Shown: piece after piece, positions 57,085-64,000 of the stretch
Position numbering within the stretch: position 1 is the stretch's first letter
Layout: each line of letters starts with the position of its first letter
From: Leptolyngbyaceae cyanobacterium
GTDB lineage: Bacteria; Cyanobacteriota; Cyanobacteriia; Phormidesmidales; Phormidesmidaceae
Direction of reading: 5' to 3'
Length of the DNA: 64,000 bases
Assembly: GCA_965263355.1 (NCBI GenBank)
Contig: CBDHHL010000046.1
Coordinates: forward strand, 1 to 64,000
Program-made: the position numbers and the translations under genes
The notes under the pieces: model-generated
Database searches by the model: none
The model's input: only the letters and a program-made list of their open reading frames with translations
What the model was told of the DNA's origin: nothing

Positions 57085-60000
57085 ATGGCCCTGAACTTAA
57101 AAATCCCGCCAGTAACAGCTGCACTAGACGACGAATCCGCAGCACAAGCTAGACAAGCCTTTCTAAACAAGATTGAACAAGAGCCGGAAGACTGGATTGG
57201 TTTTGATACAGAAACTCACGGACTAAAAATTGTAAAGGAGGGAGTAAAGCCAACTCGGGCAGACCCATTAGATTGGATGAATGACACCGTAACTTTCTGG
57301 TCGCTTGCGGCAAAATTTAATGGAGAATACAAACGATTTTGTTTTGACCAAAATCACTTTCAATTTTTTGCCCCTGTACTAGAACACCCTAAAGCCAAGC
57401 TGGCTGGATGGAACCTAAAGTATGATGCTCATATAGCTTGGAACTGCGGCATCAACATTTGGAACTGTGCACGTGCTGTAGACTTCCTAATGGCTGGCTC
57501 TATGCTAGATGAGAATGTGACTCGAAGCGAGATGTCACTAAAACAAGTTACGCCTCGAGGATATAACTCAGAGTGGCGAAGAGCAGTAGCAAGAACTGTA
57601 CAATCAGAGATGGGATATACAGACTTTTGTGATATTCCAAGAGAGGTCTATCTAGAAGTACAAGAAGAAGTAGAGAGACGTATAACGCCTTGGGAAGGTT
57701 TCCAAATGACACCTTTCAAAGCCCTATTCAAAGGCTGCATAGACCCAAACACCAGAAAGCCTGCTGTAGAATTTCAAACAAGCCTCTATGATCTACCTGT
57801 TGATAGGGTTGCAAATTATGCTTCGTTGGACGCCTTAGCCCATCTTTGGCTAGGCGAACATATCCAACAAGTTATGCAGGCACACAAATCTGAAGACTAT
57901 TGTGCCTACCCAAACATGTGGGATTACTATTGCGAAGCAGAAGACCCCATAACTCAAGTGCTTTGGCGCCTAGAACGCCGAGGTCTACCACTTAACAAGA
58001 AACATTTAGAAGCACTAGTCGACCCACTTGAAGAAGAAATTGCAGCTATAACTAAAGAAATAAATCGGAAAGCTCAAAAGCCCATAAATCTCAGGTCACC
58101 CCAACAAGTGGCAAATTTCTTATATGGAGATTTTCCAAAAGATGCCTATGAGGATCCAAGATGGAGGAAAATAATCCCTGCCTGGACAGGCACCCTCCAA
58201 CCTAAAACTGATGCAGAAACTTTAGAGCTTCTTGCCGCCGCAGGAAATGATGCGGCAAAACTTATTAACCGGCATCGAAAAATCGAAAAGATTTATGGGA
58301 CCTATGTAACGAAACTCATATTTTGTCATGATTATTTTAAAGATGGGCGGGTACACACTCAATTTCGGCAAAATGGAACTAGGACAGGTCGTTGCTCGAC
58401 TGGGGATCCTGTTAACTCTCAGAATCTCCCAAACCCTGAAAATGATGAATTTCAAATCCGAGTAGCATTCTGCTCAAAGTCTTCAAAGGAAAAATCAGTC
58501 ACCAAAAAGCCCTACAAGCGCAAGTTGGTTTGTGGGGACTATGCACAATTAGAGATGCGCATCATGGCCCATTTTTGTCTGTATAAATGTATGAGGATAT
58601 CCGTCTGTGAAGGCGACACTAGAGCCATAAGTATCCTCGTAAATCAACGACGGAAACCTTATGTTAGATCTTTCGATTTTTCCTTAAACACACACGTGAA
58701 TAAACAAATCACCAACCACTTTAAGAACGGAGATCATGTTAGTTACGCCCCAACTACCGCTGGTATGAAGCCAGAAGATTGGCTGATTGTACGTCACGAT
58801 GCGGCCCCAAACGGGATGCCTCTCATCATTACACCACAACATCGGGTGCTTAGATCAGATGGGAGCAAAATCCCTATTGGGGATTTAGAAGTAGGTGATT
58901 ACTTATTATACGATGAACCAAAGTTAATCGGACTCCACCTGCAGATGGTTATCATCCAAGTCATCAATAACAAAGAATTCAAACACCGCATTGAGTGGAA
59001 AGAGAATGAGGGAGTCCCATACGAACACAGAACTTTTGATGAAAAATACTGCCAGTTTAAACAAAATGTGCTGAAACAACTTGAAGCTAAAAATCATGGG
59101 AGCCCGTCTCTCAATCATATCAAACGTCGCATTAGACCAACAAAACAACTCTGGGAAATCGTGGATAATATGGCCGATAAACACCGGCCAAAAAAAGAAC
59201 TTTTGGAACAAATTGGTCCGGCCGGTTTAGCCATCTGGTATTGTGATACGGGAACAATATATGGTCATCTAGGCTCAAGCTTCATCAAGATTTCAATGCC
59301 CAGAACATGTGCAGAAGACGTTGAAATACTCAATAAACTAGGTACAAATTTTATAACTATGAGCAATGGCTTTGGTCTGTTGTCCAAAGACTTTGAGTCT
59401 TTCTTCCAGATTGTAGGTCCATACATTCCTTGGTGCATGAGCTATAAAGTGCCTAAAGAATTTCACCATTATATAGGCACCGCTTCGGAAGAATGGGAAG
59501 TTCCTATGCCCCCCATTCGCCCTGTGACTATTATTGAGAAGCGGCCAGCGAAATTAGAAGATCTCGAAAGAGGTTACGGGTCTAAATACGACATAGAAGT
59601 AGAAGATACACACAACTACTTTGCGCAAAATATCTTGGTATCTAACAGCACAGACAATGCCATGATTGATGCCATTTGGTCCGGGAAAGATATGCATTGC
59701 ATCACCGTGGAAAGGATGTGGGGCATACCGTATGAAGAAGTCAAAGAGGCTAAAAAAGCTAAAGAAGCCGGCACAGCCACAGAAGAACAACTGGGACACG
59801 CGAAAAAACGTTCAGATTCAAAAGCTGTAGGATTTGGAATTTTTTATGGAGCCCAAGAGAAAAACATAAGTATCCGTTTAGAGTGCTCAAGAGAACGAGC
59901 CAGAGAACTCATAAACCTATACTTTAAAGCATACCCCAAAGTAAAACGATTCATCAATGAAACACACTGGCGTTGCAGACAAATGCAATTTGTAACAACA

Positions 60001-60357
60001 CTATTAGGTCGAAGAAGAAATTTACCTGACATCAATAGTAATAATTTCTCCATTAGAAGTCATGCAGAGCGTGAATCCGTAAACTCTATCATCCAAGGAA
60101 CTGCTGCTGACCTTATAAAGACAGCAATGATAAATATCGAATTTGATGACATCCTAAATAGCATGGGTGTAGAAATGATAAATCAGATTCACGATGAGTT
60201 AACTCTTCTAGGGCCGACTAAGGAACAAGATGAAGAAGCATGCGTCGAACGCATCAAAAACTTCATGGAGCATCCCTTCGAAGAAGGCAAACACCCTCTA
60301 TTAGTGCCCGTACCTGTGGACATAAAATTAGTGTCGAATTGGGGAGAAGCAAAATGA
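57085..60357 (+). CDS. polA: Family A DNA polymerase with 3'-5' exonuclease and one intein
   Basis: FDTETHG, WNLKYD, YASLDA; TRTGR, motif A DYAQLEMR, motif B RSDSKAVGFGIFYG, IQGTAAD, motif C QIHDEL. Confidence 0.96.
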   Translation: MALNLKIPPVTAALDDESAAQARQAFLNKIEQEPEDWIGFDTETHGLKIVKEGVKPTRADPLDWMNDTVTFWSLAAKFNGEYKRFCFDQNHFQFFAPVLEHPKAKLAGWNLKYDAHIAWNCGINIWNCARAVDFLMAGSMLDENVTRSEMSLKQVTPRGYNSEWRRAVARTVQSEMGYTDFCDIPREVYLEVQEEVERRITPWEGFQMTPFKALFKGCIDPNTRKPAVEFQTSLYDLPVDRVANYASLDALAHLWLGEHIQQVMQAHKSEDYCAYPNMWDYYCEAEDPITQVLWRLERRGLPLNKKHLEALVDPLEEEIAAITKEINRKAQKPINLRSPQQVANFLYGDFPKDAYEDPRWRKIIPAWTGTLQPKTDAETLELLAAAGNDAAKLINRHRKIEKIYGTYVTKLIFCHDYFKDGRVHTQFRQNGTRTGRCSTGDPVNSQNLPNPENDEFQIRVAFCSKSSKEKSVTKKPYKRKLVCGDYAQLEMRIMAHFCLYKCMRISVCEGDTRAISILVNQRRKPYVRSFDFSLNTHVNKQITNHFKNGDHVSYAPTTAGMKPEDWLIVRHDAAPNGMPLIITPQHRVLRSDGSKIPIGDLEVGDYLLYDEPKLIGLHLQMVIIQVINNKEFKHRIEWKENEGVPYEHRTFDEKYCQFKQNVLKQLEAKNHGSPSLNHIKRRIRPTKQLWEIVDNMADKHRPKKELLEQIGPAGLAIWYCDTGTIYGHLGSSFIKISMPRTCAEDVEILNKLGTNFITMSNGFGLLSKDFESFFQIVGPYIPWCMSYKVPKEFHHYIGTASEEWEVPMPPIRPVTIIEKRPAKLEDLERGYGSKYDIEVEDTHNYFAQNILVSNSTDNAMIDAIWSGKDMHCITVERMWGIPYEEVKEAKKAKEAGTATEEQLGHAKKRSDSKAVGFGIFYGAQEKNISIRLECSRERARELINLYFKAYPKVKRFINETHWRCRQMQFVTTLLGRRRNLPDINSNNFSIRSHAERESVNSIIQGTAADLIKTAMINIEFDDILNSMGVEMINQIHDELTLLGPTKEQDEEACVERIKNFMEHPFEEGKHPLLVPVPVDIKLVSNWGEAK
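58576..59646 (+). mobile_element. Intein (357 aa) with degenerate LAGLIDADG-like domain
   Basis: HF|CLYK start, block B TPQH, GLAIWYCDTG, YDIEVEDTHNYFAQNILVSN|S end. Confidence 0.92.
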
Positions 60358-60821
60358 AACGAGCCCAAATAATTCAACATGTGGCTGCCGTGTCTGGCTA
60401 CAAACAAAAAGATGTGGAAAAAGTGCTTTCCGCTTTTTTTACATTGCTTCCAAGTATTGTTAATTCAGGAGAACCTGTTCAGATTAAAAACTTTGCCTCC
60501 TTTAACTGGGTCGAACGAGCCGAAAGAAAATTTCGAGTCCCTAACACAGGACGTATAATTCATATACCTGCGAGAAGAGGTCTAAAAATCACCTTCTCTT
60601 CCGCATATAAAAGGAGCCTACCTATGGAAAAGTACGGAGTAGAATTAAATCAAACCAAAATAGCGACAGAAACAAAACCAAATCAATGTCCTTGGTGCCA
60701 AGAACTACTCGACGACGCGGGTTTATGTCCTGTACATGGTTCTGAACCATTCGAGGACAACAATGACGACTTCCAAAAAGAAGACCTCTTCAAAGAAGAA
60801 ACCAGTACAACCGAAAACTGA
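60354..60821 (+). CDS. HU/IHF-like DNA-binding protein with a C-terminal zinc-ribbon extension
   Basis: MKRAQIIQHVA...GEPVQIKNFASF...RKFRVPNTGRIIHIPARR.LKITFS, then CPWC...CPVH. Confidence 0.85.
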   Translation: MKRAQIIQHVAAVSGYKQKDVEKVLSAFFTLLPSIVNSGEPVQIKNFASFNWVERAERKFRVPNTGRIIHIPARRGLKITFSSAYKRSLPMEKYGVELNQTKIATETKPNQCPWCQELLDDAGLCPVHGSEPFEDNNDDFQKEDLFKEETSTTEN

Positions 60822-61986
60822 AGTGGCACTATGGGTTGAGGCGATGAATAAAAATCGCCAATACAAAGGCCATGCACAAATCCGGTTAGCCTCTGAAGTA
60901 AACACAGTATATGACCTCAGAAGACCAACAGGCATCCTATCTTTGGATATTGCCTTAGGTGGCGGTATTCATGCGGGAGGAGCAACAGAGCTCTACGGGG
61001 CAGAATCCTCCGGCAAGACCACCCTGCTGTGGCGCATCTTCGCGCAAAATCAACAAATACACGGGGAAGATTCTAAACTACTCTTGTTGAGCACAGAGCT
61101 TCGTCCAGACAGAGGACAAGCCAGATTGGCTGGCTGTTGCATAGCCTACTCAGACCAAGAGATCTTGCAACTAGATGTTGCCAGGAAAAAAGCAGGCCAC
61201 AAAACATTTACCTCCGATGACGTAGAAGACCTCAAAAAGCAGATAGGTGATATTGTCATCGTTACAACAGGAACCGCAGATCATGGGTTAGACGTTGTGG
61301 TGGATGCGCTACGCTTTGGCAAATTTCAGATAGCAGCAATAGACTCTCTAGGAAACCTCCTTACACCTGCCGTCGAAGAAGGGTCCACCGGCGACGCGCA
61401 CTATGCAGGACCCGCCAGAATAGTGACGCAATTCCAAAATAAAGTGGCTCCCATGTATGCTATCGATCGAGAGGATGGTTCTATGTTAGAGACATCCTTG
61501 ATCGGCATAAATCAGGTTCGTGCCAAAATCGGGGCTAGTAAATTTGAAGACCCCGATAAAGGTGCCATGGGCGCCTGGGCCTGGAAGCACGGTCTTCTCG
61601 TTTCACTTAAACTTACCAAAGGAGCAAAGCTAAAAGTGAACAATGAGACAGTAGGTCATCGAGTTAACTGGATAACAAGAAAAGGAAAAGCAGGAACACA
61701 CGATGGAAAGGTCGGAAGCTACGAATATTATCATATCCCTAAACTGGCTCCCGTATTTTGGCGAGATGTTTGTGCATACAACTATGGGGGCGTTGGTGAG
61801 TTTGAAGACTATGTTCAAGTAGGTGTTAGCAATGGACTCATTACAAAAACAGGCTCTTACTATGAATGCGCCGACTTCAATATTCGTACTCAAGGTATTA
61901 AAAGCTTTGCGGAGAAAGTGGCTAATAATGACGATTTAGCCAAGTACATCAAAGAAGAAAGCCTAAGAAAAAGTCAACTACTGTGA
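60763..61986 (+). CDS. recA: RecA-like recombinase
   Basis: PTGILSLDIALGGG, ELYGAESSGKTT, AAIDSL, INQVRAKIG; start at MTTSK with GAGGA upstream. Confidence 0.93.
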   Translation: MTTSKKKTSSKKKPVQPKTEVALWVEAMNKNRQYKGHAQIRLASEVNTVYDLRRPTGILSLDIALGGGIHAGGATELYGAESSGKTTLLWRIFAQNQQIHGEDSKLLLLSTELRPDRGQARLAGCCIAYSDQEILQLDVARKKAGHKTFTSDDVEDLKKQIGDIVIVTTGTADHGLDVVVDALRFGKFQIAAIDSLGNLLTPAVEEGSTGDAHYAGPARIVTQFQNKVAPMYAIDREDGSMLETSLIGINQVRAKIGASKFEDPDKGAMGAWAWKHGLLVSLKLTKGAKLKVNNETVGHRVNWITRKGKAGTHDGKVGSYEYYHIPKLAPVFWRDVCAYNYGGVGEFEDYVQVGVSNGLITKTGSYYECADFNIRTQGIKSFAEKVANNDDLAKYIKEESLRKSQLL

Positions 61987-61993
61987 GATACCA

Positions 61994-62476
61994 ATGAAAG
62001 TAACCTGCCCTCATTGCCTCCAAGAAATCACGTTCAACCCTCTAGTGCTTGAACGAAGGTTGTCGAGTACTCTTGTTTGTCCCTCATGCAAATCAGAGTT
62101 CCCCAAACCAGAAATCTTTAAAAAAAGGGGCAAAAATAATGCTCGTAAACGAAGTAACAAACAAGAGAAGAAAGTAGCAAAACAATACGGTGCGAAGGTG
62201 CAGCCGGGCTCCGGGTCTATGGCTCACGCCAAGGCAGATGTGATCTTAGAGGGGACCTATCGAATAGAATGCAAACACACGGTCAAAGAAAGTATTTCCC
62301 TGAAGCGGGCATGGCTAAAAAAACTGTCAGAGGAAGCTCGAGCAGGGGAGCTTGCCATTCTTGAAATTGAGTTCCAAGGCGTTTCTCCGCCAGAGCAATA
62401 TGCAGTTATTCGTTCTCAAGACTTAAGAGACCTTCTTTTTTTGAAAGAACATAGAGGCCTTCTAGATGAAGATTAA
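61994..62476 (+). CDS. PD-(D/E)XK nuclease, Holliday junction resolvase-like, with N-terminal zinc ribbon
   Basis: CPHC...CPSC; QEKKVAK...PGSG...KADV...IECK. Confidence 0.75.
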   Translation: MKVTCPHCLQEITFNPLVLERRLSSTLVCPSCKSEFPKPEIFKKRGKNNARKRSNKQEKKVAKQYGAKVQPGSGSMAHAKADVILEGTYRIECKHTVKESISLKRAWLKKLSEEARAGELAILEIEFQGVSPPEQYAVIRSQDLRDLLFLKEHRGLLDED

Positions 62477-63293
62477 AACCATCGCAGATTTGAAACGCGC
62501 TTCCCCCGTTCAAATTGAGACGGCTAAGCTCTCCGCAAAGTTGATAAAAGACTTACAAATTTACCTTCTCTGGCTAAAATCTAGCCAAGGACGACCAGTA
62601 GAAGGACAATTTTCTTTAGGTTACAAAGAACGATCTTTGGGCATCCATCCAAGCACAGTGTCAAAAGCCGACTTTTGCAAATTACAAGCATACTACGAAG
62701 TTACTGGGGAAGTCTTACCCGAAAAGCAAGGAGACCCAGAGAAGTTTGCTAAGTTGGAATTAACTTTTGATACGGGCACCATGGTGCACTTAATGTTTCA
62801 AGCCTTCTTCAAGGATATGTACGGAGAGCGCTTTAAGGATGAGGTCTCACTCAAAGATAAAAACTTGAGGATCTCAAGCCACACAGATGGAACCCTAGAA
62901 CTCCAGAATATACGCACAGTGCTAGAGATAAAATCCATCAAGGAAGGTGGTGGATTTGGCGTAGATACAATCCGTGCTAAGCCCATGCTCGATCACGTAA
63001 GACAATCTCACTACTATATGGCGCTAAGTGATATTCCATTTTGTAACGTGTTTTACTTCTGTAAGAATACTTCGGAGGTAATCGAGCATGTGATTGAGTT
63101 CGTCCCGGAACTTTGGGATGAACTTCTTGCAGAGATCGAGCCAGTGCTGGAGTCTGTCGATAAAGGAAAAGAGCCCAAAGCTAATGTTGGTTTTCATTGT
63201 AGAAGTTGCCGATATCTACACGGGTGTGTAAAGGGACAAAATTATGTCCACAAAAGGCAAAGAATCCGAAACCGTGGCAGTTCAAGATCATGA
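62466..63293 (+). CDS. Cas4/RecB-like exonuclease
   Basis: HPS...C, GTMVH, TDG, EIKS, QSHYY, CRSC.....C. Confidence 0.8.
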   Translation: MKIKTIADLKRASPVQIETAKLSAKLIKDLQIYLLWLKSSQGRPVEGQFSLGYKERSLGIHPSTVSKADFCKLQAYYEVTGEVLPEKQGDPEKFAKLELTFDTGTMVHLMFQAFFKDMYGERFKDEVSLKDKNLRISSHTDGTLELQNIRTVLEIKSIKEGGGFGVDTIRAKPMLDHVRQSHYYMALSDIPFCNVFYFCKNTSEVIEHVIEFVPELWDELLAEIEPVLESVDKGKEPKANVGFHCRSCRYLHGCVKGQNYVHKRQRIRNRGSSRS

Positions 63294-63987
63294 ATTTCAG
63301 CTGGATGAATTTGAGCTAGAAGAACAATATTCGCACGCTCAAGTAGTAGAGAAGCACCTCCAAGCAATGGGGCTGACCTCAGTTCAAAGACCGAGTGCCA
63401 CCAAGGACATGGCTCGGTTACTGCATGTAGATGAAGGTACCTATTTTGATGGACGGTTGCCTCCGTCCCTCAAAAACTTAACCATGGAAGACCTGTCAGA
63501 CCTACATGTACTTCACGCAAGCTGGATCCATTACCTGACAGTCTTGCTCAACAAAGTTTCTTTAGAACGTTCAGAGGTTACTCCGCGCAAGGAAGCTGTT
63601 TGGGGGATGACTAGGATGTTTCACAAAAAAACCTCAAAGAACTTGGCTGGGGTCAACCTGACAGATCAACAATGCTCAGACCTGGCGAGATACGACAGGC
63701 GTTTTGTGAACGTAAACTCTAGGTACCAGCAACTCACAGCCCATAGAGACTGCTTAGAAGCCTTACTCAAAGTAGCAGAGCAAAACTGTGCAGTCGTTTC
63801 CAGGGAAGTAACTCGACGAGAAGCTACCCTATACGCCTCGCGCAGGAGTCAGAACATCGAACTCCATCACCAAGAACAACCCATGAGACAAGCCTACCGA
63901 AGAGGAGGAGTACGTGAACAAGCTCAACAAAAACACCCGCCGACGTCCAAGTTCGATAAAAGCAAAAAACCAGGGCTCAAGCGTTAA
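63244..63987 (+). CDS. Hypothetical coiled-coil protein in the recombination block
   Basis: Operonic ORF with predicted long helices. Confidence 0.65.
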   Translation: MSTKGKESETVAVQDHEFQLDEFELEEQYSHAQVVEKHLQAMGLTSVQRPSATKDMARLLHVDEGTYFDGRLPPSLKNLTMEDLSDLHVLHASWIHYLTVLLNKVSLERSEVTPRKEAVWGMTRMFHKKTSKNLAGVNLTDQQCSDLARYDRRFVNVNSRYQQLTAHRDCLEALLKVAEQNCAVVSREVTRREATLYASRRSQNIELHHQEQPMRQAYRRGGVREQAQQKHPPTSKFDKSKKPGLKR

Positions 63988-64000
63988 GTCGAAACCGTTA

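Noticed and set aside
62466..63293. Cas4-like nuclease as part of a CRISPR-Cas system
   Set aside because: No repeat-spacer array and no cas1, cas2 or effector genes seen; it sits with RecA and a resolvase-like gene, as standalone phage recombination exonucleases do.
1..64000. Stop-codon reassignment
   Set aside because: Long genes are intact in the standard code, and TAA, TAG and TGA all terminate genes at tight junctions.
1..64000. tRNA, rRNA, integrase or host chromosomal flanks
   Set aside because: None recognised by eye; non-coding gaps are short. A tRNAscan-SE or Infernal run would be needed to exclude small RNAs formally.

Overview
The window is an internal 64 kb segment of a large tailed (contractile-tail, myovirus-like) phage genome read in the standard genetic code. 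From left to right: small beta-rich proteins and nucleotide-metabolism genes (DinG helicase, a degenerate DHFR, ThyX, dNMP kinase, DNA methyltransferase, ParB-like protein; 1-11 kb); a long minus-strand morphogenesis block (tail tube, sheath, neck, major capsid, head proteins, prohead protease, terminase, baseplate spike, a single-chain beta-beta' RNA polymerase, portal; 11-49 kb); and a plus-strand replication/recombination block (SF2 helicase, UDG, DnaB-like helicase, primase, intein-containing PolA, HU, RecA, resolvase-like and Cas4-like nucleases; 49-64 kb). The strongest unexplained signal is a K-x-A(S/G) motif. It saturates about ten head-module proteins, sits at the domain boundaries of a protease/pyrophosphatase/GNAT polyprotein, brackets four related cationic Gly-rich 'GALYG' modules and ends a shared N-terminal F-x-x-E-L-x-K-I-A leader. 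I infer a protease-programmed system that packages cargo in the capsid and releases it. Other signals are a twice-occurring 16-bp parS-like palindrome, a 21-bp-period iteron-like triplet, and a set of leaderless -10 promoters. All functional calls come from motifs recognised by eye; no database search was run.
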